Shown here piece by piece: positions 37,857-50,342 of a stretch of DNA of 64,000 bases. This DNA comes from Reclinomonas americana ATCC 50394 (Eukaryota). The notes under the pieces were generated by a model. That model was not told the DNA's origin. It saw nothing but the letters and a program-made list of their open reading frames with translations, and searched no databases. A program made the translations under genes and the position numbers. Within the stretch, counting starts at the first letter, position 1. Each line of letters begins with the position of its first letter. The stretch spans positions 27,456 through 91,455 of the forward strand of contig PS015085.1 of the NCBI GenBank assembly GCA_048213135.1. Direction: 5' to 3'.

Positions 37857-39259
37857 GAAACAGAGAGACAGACAGACAGAGAGAGAGAGAGAGTTTGAGT
37901 GAGTGAAAGACAGGCAGAGAGAGAGAGAGAGAGAAACGAGACAGACAGACAGACAGACAGAGAGATAGGCAGAGAGAGCATTGGGGAGGTTTGGAGCCTC
38001 AGGATTCTATCTCACACTGCAGTGCCACAGGAAACCAGCTAACATTCTCATCAGCTCCGACGGCAGTGCCAAGGTGAGCGTATACTTAGTGTTTCCGCTC
38101 TCTTCCTCTCGCTCGCGTCTGGTGTTACTCTTCTCTCTCTCTCGCCCTCGTTCTATCCTTCCCTGTGTCCCCCACCTCATCCCACTGTCAGCTTTGCGAC
38201 TTTGGCCTCGCTCGCTCCGACCGCCGTCGCGCCCAAGACCCCACTCTCACCATGTATGTCATCTCACGACCGTATCGAGGTTTGCCGTTGCCTTCCGCTC
38301 GCTCTCCCCTCATTGTAGTCTCTGACTCTCTGCCTACAGCACCTGAGCTCATTCTCGAGAGTCCATACTATTCGGATGCAAATATCCTTCACCCTCTGCT
38401 TCTTCGTCCCCGCGCTCTCCTCTTCATCTGGAACTCCTTGACTGACACGTTCACTCGACATGTGGAGCATCGGCTGCGTGTTTGCAGAAATGTACTCGCA
38501 GAAGATGCTCTTCGAGCCAGTGCAAGGACCACGTTGCGTTGCACGTCTAGAATACACTCTGTCTGAGACTTACATCTCTCTGCGCAGCCTTGACGCAACT
38601 GCGCTGCATTTTTGAAGTTATTGGCACGCCGCCGCAAGACGAGGTGGCCGATGTGTGCACGGGCGATGTGCGTATTGCTTGTAAATTCCTCCTCCCCACC
38701 AAGCTGACGAGAACCGCACCACGCACAGGCGCTGCGCTATCTCAGCACCATCATCCAGCCACGATTCGTCGGCCGCAGTTTCAAGAGTCTCTTCCCCGAC
38801 GCTCCTCCTGCTGGTCAGCTCGTTCCTCTCCTCACCGCACATCGCATCTCACTCACTTTTCTCCTTTTGCAGCCATTGACTTGATGCAAAAGCTGCTGCG
38901 CTTCCACCCGAATCATCGCATCGCCGCCGACCAGGCACTGGCTCACGAGTACTTTGCTCCCATTCGAAGTGAGGCGGACGAGGTGGGTCGACTGCAGGCG
39001 TGCTCCACGCTTCGCCCACCCCTCTCTCCTCACTCTTTGTTTGCAGCTCGCGTCATCGCCGTTCGAGAGCGAAGTGTCGACCGAGGCGCCCGAGAACGAG
39101 CTTGCTGGTGCACTGTTCTCTGCCATGCTACGCAACACACACTTGGCTCACACACTACCCCACGCAGCTCGTCTGTGGGCCGAGTTGCGCGACTTGCATC
39201 CAGACATGGAACAGGGACCGCCAGCACCGTCCCACGACCGCTCCCCCGACGTCAGGTAA
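35668..39259 (+). CDS. MAP kinase with a TMY activation motif, about 16 exons
   Basis: LGTGTYGSV, VAIK, RITRELILLRHLSHPN, DVYFV, HRDLKPANIL, CDFGLAR, LTMYVISRPYRAPE, IDMWSIGC, AIDLMQKLLRFHP.HRI.A.QALAHEYF; stop TAA at 39257-39259. The start codon is uncertain (35668 or a later Met near 36027). Confidence 0.93.
37561..37975 (+). repeat. (GACA)n/(GA)n compound microsatellite in a MAPK intron
   Basis: Seen directly. Similar tracts: (GA)n 2259-2382, (CA)n 24602-24738, (CTGT)n 63020-63258. Confidence 0.9.
38382..38454 (+). other. U12-type (minor spliceosome) AT-AC intron
   Basis: 5' ATATCCTT, branch site TCCTTGAC at 38435-38442, 3' ...GTTCAC. Removing it restores GCA A|TC GAC ATG TGG = A-I-D-M-W of kinase subdomain IX. 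Confidence 0.93.
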
Positions 39260-39331
39260 CATGCACATTTTGTTTTGAGCGCAGACAAGTGTATATGTGT
39301 ATTTGGCATCAATTTCGCTGGCCACATAGCA

Positions 39332-39938
39332 TTATCTCTCAATGTTGAGCGCCGGCAATGGCCCGCCATCACTCATGTCGAACGAATATCCCACTGGAAT
39401 GCTCCGCTGGTGGAACATGTCAAAGAGGCGAGTCGAGACGCTCAAGTGCTCCGCCAGCTGCACCAGGGACTCGTCAGTCATCAGCATTCACACGCTCGCG
39501 AGAAATGAGCACACACCTTTTTCAGCGACGCCAGGGAATTCACCAGCCGCTTCTGCGTGAATCGCAACTCGCCACGCGCCTCCAACACCTGCCTCTCTGC
39601 TCTTGTGTGTGCATCCCAGCGCTCGATGGAGGACTTGCAGCGCTCGAAGCGCTCCTGTGCTCTGGCGAAGGCCTCGGCGGCCTGCGCGACAAGAGGGGAA
39701 GTGGTGAGAGAGGGTGGAGGAAGAGAGAAATGAGGGGGAGAGTGAAGAGGGTGGGAGACATGCAAACAAAAGCTTAGGTTCTAGAAAAACAAGTGCACAC
39801 AAGGGGTTGGTAGGTGTGGCGTGAGGTACCCCGATGTGAATGAAGGCAATGTGTGAAAACAACAGATGCACACGACAGAGAAGGGACGGCCAACCTGCTA
39901 AGTTGCATGCGATCAATGTCATCGAATACAAGGGAGGG

Positions 39939-39976
<38 letters not shown>

Positions 39977-42900
39977 TGAGTGTTCGACGCGAAGCAAGCG
40001 AGCCATGGAACATGCACATATTTCAAGGGATATGTGGTGGGCGAGGAGGGCAGCATCAAGGCGCTCTGCTCATCAATACTTGAACAACGATACGCAGAGA
40101 GGCAAGAGGGCGGAGAGAGAGGGAGCGATGAGTATATCGCACAAGAGTAAGCGAACCGCGGCACACACACATGACAAGGCTACGAAGTGGGCAGCATGCA
40201 GGCGCTCTGCTCATCGATCACTAAGCGATGATATGCGAGGAAAGAGGGCGAGATGAACCACTCCAAGAAAGTGACACACAATGCAAGAGATTGCAGACAT
40301 GAGGCATGAGGCGCTCAGTTGCTGTGCGCACAAGGGGCAAGAGAATCGAGAGAATAGACACTGCGTAACCGCTTCGTCCATGCAGAGAAAAGAGCACCGT
40401 GCCTCGATTGAAATCACCACCCCCTTCCCTGTGTCAGCTCACCGCGGCCTCAGGTGGGATCTGCTGCAACGGACCGCGACTCAAATAATTGTCAAACGAC
40501 AACAGATTGGGGACCTTGACGCCGGCAAACTTGTCCAATCGATGCATGTAGCGCAGCTCGTCGCTCCCAAAGCCAAACTCGCGCAGCTTGTACTGCTTTG
40601 CAATAAACATGCCTTGCAGCATCTGCAGATGCACGAGTCAGACAAACGTTCTTCCTTCCCCTTTCCCTCCTCTTCCTCTCCATCGCCACACCTGCTGCAA
40701 TGCGCTGGCCAGCTCGGTCGTCCGCTCCACCTCCTCAATCGGCAACATGGTCGACAACACCGTTAACCGCTCCAGCTTCTCCAGCCGCTGCGCCAACACG
40801 CTCTTGTTCTTCTTCTTGGCCTTGCTCTTCTTTTGCTTGCCGCCACCAGTGCGACCGTGCTTGGCGTTCAGCACGCCTGCAAGTCAATGGTGAGTATATG
40901 GACAGATATCAGCTCTCACACGACACAAACCTCTCTCGTCCAGCTCCTTGAGTTTGGTGCTCCACGCTTGCAGGATGCGGTCGGCCATGATGAAATAGTG
41001 TCCGCGCACCGCTGCCACATATGAAATGTACCTGCGCGGATAACAGCGAGGTGAGTATCAGCTGCCAGGAGCAAGACGGAGGAGAACGAGAGCAAGAGGG
41101 AGGAGAACATGAGTAAGAGGGAGGACACCGAGAGCAAGAGAGAGAGAGAAAGCGAGAGCAAGAGAGAGGACACAGAGAGCAAGAGGAAGGACAACAACGA
41201 GATGAGTTTCAGTTGTCGAGAGCAAGAGAGAGGACAACGAGAGCAAGAGGGAAGACACCGAGAGCAACAGGGAAGACAAAGAGAGCAAGAGGGAGGACAA
41301 CGAGAGCAAGAGGGAGGAGAACGAGAGCAAGAGGGAGGGCAAAGAGACGAAGAGGAAGGACACAGAGAGCAAGAGAGAGGGCAACGAGAGCAAGAGAGAG
41401 GAGAACGAAAGCAAGAGGGAGGACACAGAGAGCAAGAGACAGGACAAAGAGAGCAAAGAACAAACAATCATACAGGGTGAGACCATCTTTTACATCGTTG
41501 TACGATGTCTTCATGTGCGTCAAGGGGAGAACAGAGAGGGCGAGAGAAAGTACGGTGCAAATGTGTGCTTGTGGGCGAGTGAGAGAGACAAACCACAGAA
41601 TGAATGGAACCTCCTCGGCCGAGTACAGATCCAACTCAAAGCCGAGGAACAGGTATTGTTGCATGAGCGTGGCGGCCACATCGACGGTAAAGAAGAATGA
41701 ACAAATCGGTCTCTCCATGGTGGTCTGTCGCAGCAGGTGAGACATCTCACGAGAAAGAAAAAATGCACACACGCGCGCAACTCCTTCGCCCTGCAGAAAC
41801 TTGGCCGCATCCTCAAACTCATCAAACGCCACTCGGTCCACCTCCAGGCTCGCCGACTGGAGATTGTCGTACTCGCGGAAGATGTTGCCAATGCGACGCC
41901 GCAGCAGCGCGCGATTGGAGCAGTAGGCCTTGACGTAGTCGCGGAAGAAGCGGCGGAAAAAGTACAACCAGTCCGCCGCCTCCGGTCGCTCCCACGTCTC
42001 GCGTGGCAGGGGGAGAATGGTGAAGAGCATGTCGCCGAGGGTGTGCAGGCCGAGGACCAGGTCGTGGATCATGAAGAGGTTCTGCGGGAGTGGGGGAGGG
42101 AGGGTGTGAGGAGAGTGAGGAAGGATGAGGGAGAAGAGGAGAGAGAAGATGACAAGTCAAGTGATTATCCCCCAATCTTTTCCCCTCACGCAACATTCAA
42201 CAAACTGCGTGCGACGATGCTCGGCTGCGACGCTGAGTAGGTGTCGAGGAACGCAAAGCAGTCGCGCATGGTGCCACAGCGGTACACGTCACACATGCGC
42301 GCCAGATCACGAACGTGGTTCACCAGCACTGTGCGGCGAGTCTGGGGTGATCACAAGTCAGCGCGTCGTCAACACAGGTTCCCTCTCGCGATGACACAAA
42401 CAATCAGTGCACTACGGACCGGTGAGAGAATCACATCCGCCGGCGCAATCGGTCCGATACTCGATGGCCCACGCGCAGAGGCCAGCACGCGGCCCTTGGC
42501 GTTCTCCAGCTCCTGCTCAGACGGGAATGCGTCCAGAATGCGTTGCAGCAGCGATTCGGCTGTCGTCGACGCGCACAATAAACAACACAGCGACGTTGCG
42601 TTGTGAGAGTATTGCAAGACATACCGCGATGGAAGCACTCCTTTGCAGCCTCGTATTCGGGTGTCCGCGCACCGAGCAATCCGAATCCCTCGGCCAGCGC
42701 GCATCGGTAGACGATGCGCAGTTCAATGCCGGCGGCGGCGGTCTTGTCTTGCTCTGAAAGTGGGAGGGGAAGGGGGAAAGGGAGAGTAAGAGAAAAAGAG
42801 GGAGAGGTGTGTGAGAGAGAAACTCACAGCGAGAAAAGGACAGAAACAAGAGAGACAAAGAGATGAGAGAGCGCGCGCAAAAGCGACGCGCACAATGAAA

Positions 42901-45502
42901 GAAAGAGAGCCAGAGCCAGAAACGCATTCACAGAAAGAAAGAGGGACGCACAGAGAGGGAAACACGGGTGTTCACAGAGAGGGAATGATGGATGCAGATA
43001 CAGAGATTGACAGACGCATTCACATGCACAACAGACAGACTGGGACATGAAGAGAGAAAAAGAAAAGAGAACACACGAAAGGTAGAAAAGAATAGAGAGA
43101 GAGAGAGAGAGAGAGAGAAAGAAAGAAAGGCGCACACATGGAGGGAGAGAGCAACAAAGACGGATGCAAATACAGAGAGAAAGAGGGATGGACACAGTCA
43201 GAAACAGAATGAGAGACGTACACACAGGGTAGAGGGATATAGACACAGAGAATGAGAGATGCATTCACATACACAACAGACAGACAGCGACACGAAGAGA
43301 TGTAGAGATTGAAAAGAAGGAAGAAAAGAGAGAGAGAGAGAAAGCGCGAGATGGACGGAGAACGATGCATGTGAATGTCGACAAATACAGAAAAACAAGC
43401 AGCGCAGATGATAGAAAAACACCCTGAATAAGAAGTTAAAGTGTGAGAGACAGATTCGAAAAGACAGATGCAAACAGACTCTCACACAAGAGAAAAAAAC
43501 GAGATGTCACGCTGCCACACATCTATCGAGCGATTCCGCACCTGACGCAGTGCTGGAGGAAAGGATCGTCTGCACTCCTTCCGACACAACTGTGCACACA
43601 CGCGAGGCATGAGAGGCGGCGACCGTCAACAGACAAACCACGGGACTCACCTCGTCGCCACGCCAGCAGCTCTGTCACTGGTACATCGTCGGCCATGCTG
43701 TACGTTGGGTAGTTGAGGCAAAATTCTTCCTCCTGCAAAAGAGTGAGTTTGGCGCTTTCCCTCTCCTCCCTTCTCATTCATCCACCACACCTCATGCACC
43801 CGCGCCAGCGCCACCACACGACGCGCCTCGCTGCAGCAACGCAGCATGAACAAAATATTGCCGCACAAAAAGGGCGATCGCAGCGCCTCCCAACGGCGCG
43901 TAAAGTGCGACTGGAACACGGTCTGCGCCAGCGCAAAGCCCTCCAAAAACTTGATCTGTATCCACCCTTTCGTCAGCAAAGAGGAGAGAGGCACACACAG
44001 AGGGCGAGGCGACAACGCAGCACCTCTTCTACCATGAGCGCGTCCAACACCACCAAAATCTCGTGCGGCGTGAGCGATGCCTCCAAGGCCACCACCTCCT
44101 CCGCGGTCATGGCGGCCTCGGCGTCACTGGCGCCGGCTTCGCGCGGTCGGTTCATGCCCGGGTCCATCTTGGGGTCCATGAGCTGCGGTGAGGTGGTGTG
44201 AGAGATGGAAAAGGGGGAGAAGAGGGAAGAGCGTGCGCAACCTCCAGGGCCGTCATGGCTTCGGCCAGGGTGAAGCCGGATGAGTGCACCATTTCGCCGA
44301 CTTTGAGCTCTGGGGTGAGAGGAGGGGAGGAGGAGGGGAAAGGAGAGAGTGAGAGAGAATGAGAGACAGAGGCGGGGAGAAGAAGAAGAAGAAGAAGAAG
44401 AAGAAGAAGAAGAAGAAGAGATAAATGAGGAAATAGAGCGTCCGACGAAGGGCGATGCACGAGAAGAGAGATGAATTAGGAAAGGACAAAGCACGTCGCA
44501 GGGAAGAGACATGGAGAAAGGAGAACGACGTATACGCAAATGAACAATGGCGAGAGGAGGCAGAGAAAGCGCCGAATGGAGTGAGATGAAGGGAACGAGC
44601 ACTGAAGAGAGCAGAATCAACACGTGAACGGAGAGAAGAAAGGGAGCGAAAGCAAGCAGCAAGAGGAGACTGCTTCGAGACAGAACAGAGGAGGATGAAG
44701 CAAAGAGACGAAAAGAGAGAAGAGAAGGGAGCGAATGGGAAGGACGAGATGAACAAGGAGAAGAAGAATGAGACAGAGGAAGAGGACGACAAAGAGAAGG
44801 AGAAGAAGAATGAGACAACAAGGAAAACAAAGAGATACATAGGAGAGGAGAGACGCGAGAGAAGAGGAAGAAGAAGGAGGGAAGGAGAAGAATGGAATGA
44901 GACAACAAGGAGCACAGAGTCGAAGAGGACCGGGAGAGGAAGAAGGAAGACGAGGGGCGGGAAGGAGAAGAAGAGAATGAGACAACACGGAGCAAAGAGA
45001 CGAGCAGACAAGAGGAAGAGAGACAAGCGGAAGCAGAAGGAGGACGAGGGGAGGGAAGGAGAAGAAGAACAAGAAGGAGAAGAAAGGGTAAGAGACAAAG
45101 GTGGACGAGAAGACGGCAGAACAAGCACGCTCAGCGAGAGACAAGTCCCCATTATACATCCTCTCATCCTCCTCACCGGCAATCGCACTCTGCATCTGCG
45201 CCGTCACATCCACCCACGGCTGCGGCGCGGCCACAACAGGCGTAGGAACACCTGGAAGCACAAGAGGAGTTGTCAGAGAGAGAGAGAGAGAGAAGGAGGG
45301 TGTGTGAGGGAGCGTGTAAGAAACAGGAAGAGTGATTGAGGCGAGAGTCAGTGCATGTATCAGTGACGTGGGGTGTGTGTGGGAGAGTGGGAGAGAGAGA
45401 GAGAGAAAGAAGGAGGGTGTGAGAGAGGGAGTGTGCTAAAAACAGGAAGAGTGATTGACGCGCGAGTCAATGCATGTATCAGTGTACGTGGAGAGTGTGT
45501 GT

Positions 45503-45580
<78 letters not shown>

Positions 45581-45951
45581 TAGACGAACGAACGAACGAA
45601 CGAACGAACGTTACGTACGTACGTACGTACGTACGTACGTACGTACGTACGTACGGTACGTACGGTACGGTTACGTTACGTTACCGTTACCNNNNNNNNN
45701 NNNNNNNNNNNNNNNNNNNNNNNNNNNNNNNNNNNNNNNNNNNNNNNNNNNNNNNNNNNNNNNNNNNNNNNNNNNNNNNNNNNNNNNNNNNNNNNNNNNN
45801 NNNNNNNNNNNNNNNNNNNNNNNNNNNNNNNNNNNNNNNNNNNNNNNNNNNNNNNNNNNNNNGTGAGAGGAGTGTTCTCTCTCTCTCTCTCACTACACAC
45901 ACACACACACACACACTCCCACATACAGGCACACGCTCACACACTCTTTCA

Positions 45952-45986
<35 letters not shown>

Positions 45987-46134
45987 CTCTTGTCACTCAC
46001 ACCTCTCTCTTCTCACCTTCTCCACCATGCACAATCACTTCACCCGCACCATCATCATCATCATCGCCAGCCACACACTGCTCCAACAAGGCGCGCACTT
46101 GTTCCACAGAACTCGCACCACCCTCAGTCGACAT
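39332..46134 (-). CDS. NAA35: NatC auxiliary subunit NAA35/Mak10
   Basis: WVDVTAQM..AIAELKVGEMVH..GFTLAEAMTALELMDPKMDPGM, FLEGFALAQTVF, VHEEEEF, YCSNRALLRRRI, YLFLGFELDLYSAEE. First exon 46134-46018; stop at 39332. Confidence 0.92.
41070..41460. repeat. 21-bp minisatellite in an NAA35 intron
   Basis: GAGAGCAAGAG(A/G)GAGGA(C/G)A(A/C)N repeated more than 15 times with variants. Confidence 0.85.
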
Positions 46135-46885
46135 GTCGCTCATCTCCCCTCTCACACACACACACTCACTCTCTCACACTCTCTCACACTCTTGTCCCAC
46201 TCTCTCACACACACAACAACACTGACTTGCGCGCTGTGAGAATGATGTTGCAACGAAGAGACAAGTTGTCGCAGGACACGAGATGCAATGAATGTCTCCC
46301 TCTCTCTCGTCTCTGTTCGTTGCTGCAGATGCACTCCTCCTCTCACAACAAGGTGATCGTTAGCTTGTCGATGCAGGTTGCACGGTTGTCGCCTGTCGAC
46401 GTTGATATCGGACGGCGACGTTGAACGATTGCGAACGAGCTGTCGGACCCCGTTTGACAGAAGTGTAGATGTGGAATGTGCACTACGTACAAGTAGTCGC
46501 AGAGAACGCAGAGGCATCAAGAGCCAGAGAGAATACGAAGAAGAAGACGTCGACGGAAGACTTTCACTCTTCTCGCTCTTCTCCCCTCTTCCTCTCGCTC
46601 TCGCGCTCCCCCTCTTCTCGTGCGTGGAATGGCCTCTGCGAATGCTACACTTGCATTCGTGCAGCAACACGCCACACAAGAAGCAACCACACAAAAATTG
46701 ATATCACGACGTTCGGATCCAGTATTTCACATTTCTCTCCCGTATGCACTCAGCTTGCGGCGGTGTTTTGTGAGCGACACAGCGTGTAATCGTTATAGTG
46801 TAGCAGGCACCAAGAGTACAGCTGGAATTCCGTCACAGTCCCGTACAATGCAATATATTGCTATTTTCGTACACACGACTCAAAC

Positions 46886-46948
<63 letters not shown>

Positions 46949-47154
46949 AGACGAAGTAGACAACAACGTAACGAAAACCGAACTAACTTACGTAATAATG
47001 TATCGACTAGTACGTAAGTTAAGTAAGAGATAGTAGAGTCGTACGACGACGAAGNNNNNNNNNNNNNNNNNNNNCGTACGTACGTACGTACGTACGTACG
47101 TACGTACGTACGTACGTACGTACGTACGTACGTACGTACGTACGTACGTACGAC

Positions 47155-47204
<50 letters not shown>

Positions 47205-47231
47205 TGTGTGGAGAGAGAGAGAGAGAGCAAG

Positions 47232-49672
47232 ATGCACAATCGAAACAACCGCCACCACTACAGTGACAGTGAGAGTGAGAGTGAATACGGCGAAGAATTA
47301 GAAGACGACGATGCGTCTTCTCACTCTTCCTCTTCCTCTCGTTCTCGCTCTCGCTCTCCGGCTCGCTTCTTTCCCGGACTGGTCTCTGCGAATGTTCAAT
47401 TTGAAGTCTTGCAAGAACAAGCCGCGTGGCTTCCCCCGCGTTCCCCGCTAGGCGGCGATTATGATGAAGAAGATGAGGAGGCAGTGGCGGAGGCGGAGGA
47501 GGTTGATGAGGAGGAGCTGAATAGGCCGAAGAAGAAGAAACGAGTGGAGGTGAGTGTGTGTGAGAGAGAGTGATTGCGTGCATGCATGCATTCTCGTATC
47601 CGAACGCGCTTCCTCATTTCTCCTTGACTCTCTCTCTCTCTCTGTCTTGTGGCATTCACTGAGTTGCTCATCTCCTCTCCTTCGTCACTCACTGACTCAC
47701 TCTCCACTCATTCACTGTGACATTGCTTGCAGCAAGACACAAGTTGCAGTCTCTCTTCACTTGGTTCTCACTCGCCCAACTTTCCTCCTTCCGCTCTCTG
47801 AGTCCCTCATATCATCTTCTCCCCTTACTCACTCACTCACTGACTTGCTCCCGCACTCAGTCACTGTGGCACTGCTTGCATAGTGCAAGACACAATGCAT
47901 TCTCTCTTCACCAAGCTCCCACTCGCTCAACTTTTCCTCATTCCAGTCACTGAGTTGCTCATCTCCTCTCCTCTCTTGTTCTCTGACTTGCTCTCTGACT
48001 TGCTCTCTCTCTCTCTATCACTCACTGTGACAATGCCTGAGCATCGCAACGCACCATTGATCTCTTTCTTCATCAATGTCCTCTCCTCGCTCGCCGTGTT
48101 GCAGTCTCTGAGTCTCTCATCTCCTCTCTTGCTCACTGACTTGCTCTCTCTCTGTATCAATGCCTGAGCATTGCCTTCTCTCTTCACCAGTCCCAACGCA
48201 TTCTCATTCACTTTTCTCCTCTATCTCCTCGCCTCTCCTTTGCCTTCCCTCCTTCCCTCCACAGCCCCTGGCCCCCGCCCGCAAATCCGGCCTCACAAGA
48301 CCCCTCCGCATGGCGATGCCGCTGATGAGACCCGCCGATCTACTACAACCGCTGCCGCCACTGCAGCACTTGCCGCCGTTCCCGCCACCGGCTGCTCCGT
48401 TCCAGCTGAAGGAGGTGGCGGATCCCTTCAAGCATCTCGTCGTGCAGCTGGCGCGCGAGTTGGATGCCGTCATGGCCGCCGCCGGCTTCCCGTCGTACCT
48501 GCATGATGATGTTGATGACGACGATGATGCCGACGATGAGGAAGAAGAAGCAGAGGAGAAGGATGACGTGGAGCATCAGCAGGCGCGCAAGATGAAGAAG
48601 GAGGTAGAGGCGGCGGCTGAAGAGAAGCAGCAGGAGAAGAAGGAGATGCCGGAGGACGACAAGGAGGAGCAGGAGCAGTTGGCGGCGTCGGTGCGCTCGC
48701 CTGGCGCCCCGCTGGCTGTTGCGGATATCTTTGAGGTGCGTGCTGTGTGAAGCGCCTGGTGTGCGACTTGATTCCTCACCAACATCGCTGTGTGCCAGAT
48801 CGAGCGCGTGCAATGCATGTTCTGCCACGATCAGACGTTCGAGTACATTGTGTTGCCCGAGTGCTTGACGCCACACCCGCTGTGCTACGGCTGCTTCACG
48901 TGAGTTTCTGCTCGCAGTATGCGTGTGTTCTTGACTCACCATCTTCTCTACGCAGCGCGTACTACGAGGCGGAGTTGCATTCATTGCAGGCCGCCGACGC
49001 ATGTTTCAAGTGCACTTGTTGCTCGGCGGTGCGTATTTAGTGTGGAGCGTGTGAGACTCTCGCTGACCTTCAATGCAGGAGTCGGTGGTGCGCCGCGGAA
49101 GCGACATTCACGAGTTTGTGTGCCTCTCGCCGGTTCAACTGAAGCGCAAGTTTCGTGTTTCTCCTTCTATTGTTGCAGCTTGGTGGCGGTGCTCATTTTT
49201 CTGTGACAGTCGCGATGGTGCGGAGGGCGTTTTTGACAAGCACGACGCCGCCAGCCTTGTGTGCTCACTGCACCGTGCTCCACTGACCCTCGTCGATCTC
49301 AAATCCATGTCGCCGTTGTGCGAGCAGTGCGCGGCGAGGTTGGTGATGGTGCTGCGCGCGTTTCTATTGAAGTTGCGTTAAACTCGATAAGCACAGCGCG
49401 CCAAAGCAGTACACGCTGGTCAAGGCCGACGACGACGCAGCGGCGCAGATTCGTACGAATGTGCGCGCAACGGTGAGTGCCTGGCAGGTGGTGTGTGTCA
49501 CGGTTGGGACAGGGGAGGTTGTCAGAGGACTTTGCACCCTGCACTCGCTTGGCAGATGGAACGCAGAACCGCCCGTCTGATAAGTTTGTAGATGTTGGCG
49601 AATGTGTTCTTCTGTCTCTCTTGTCCTTGTTCAGTTAGCTTGAAGATGTGCCTTCTTTCCCTCTTCTCACTG

Positions 49673-49704
<32 letters not shown>

Positions 49705-50310
49705 GGCCCCCGTAGTCTGCAGTATTGAGAAGCAGAAGAGCGTTGTTCTCCTGCAGTTTATCATTCAAAATCGTCGGCGCTTGTGTTCTCTCTCTTCTCT
49801 CTTATCTCTCACTTTCTCTCTCTCACTCACTCACTCACTCCCTCTCTCTCTCTCTTTCTTGGCCTCCTTAGCTCGCATTGCTGAGGCGCAGCAGAGTGTC
49901 GTTCTTCCGCCGCATGTCTCTTGAAATCGTCGACTCGTTCTCTCTCTCTCTTGGCCCCATCAGCACAGCGTCATGCTCGTGCAGTTCGTCATTTGTAACG
50001 TGCAACAGACTTGAACATCGTGTCCTCTCTGTCCCTCGATCTCCTTCTTGGCCTCCTTAGCTCGCATTGCTGAGACGCAGAAGAGTGTCGTGCTCTCTCT
50101 CTCTCTCTCTCTCAGTCATGTGCGAGAATTCTGCAAAACGCTGAGGTTTACTTTTCCACTCTGCTCTCATTCCTTGTCGCTATTGAGATGGAGCAGTGTC
50201 GCTCATTCTCTTCCTTTCTCCTCTCTCCCACTTCCCCCCTTCCGTCTCCCCCTTCCAACCCACACTTATTCTCATTCCTTGTCTCTCTTGTCCTTCATGC
50301 CGTTTCCCTC

Positions 50311-50342
<32 letters not shown>

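Noticed and set aside
40024-40033. ATATCCCTT on the minus strand, resembling a U12 donor
   Set aside because: It lies inside a long NAA35 intron whose flanking exons join in frame without an extra exon.
45575-47156. Palindromic (TACG)n arrays and related ACGA/TACGG runs (45575-45691, 46950-47156; also 34125-34138)
   Set aside because: They always lie between a long (GA)n tract and an N gap and follow the T-A-C-G flow order of 454 sequencing, so they are most likely dephased read ends rather than real satellite DNA.
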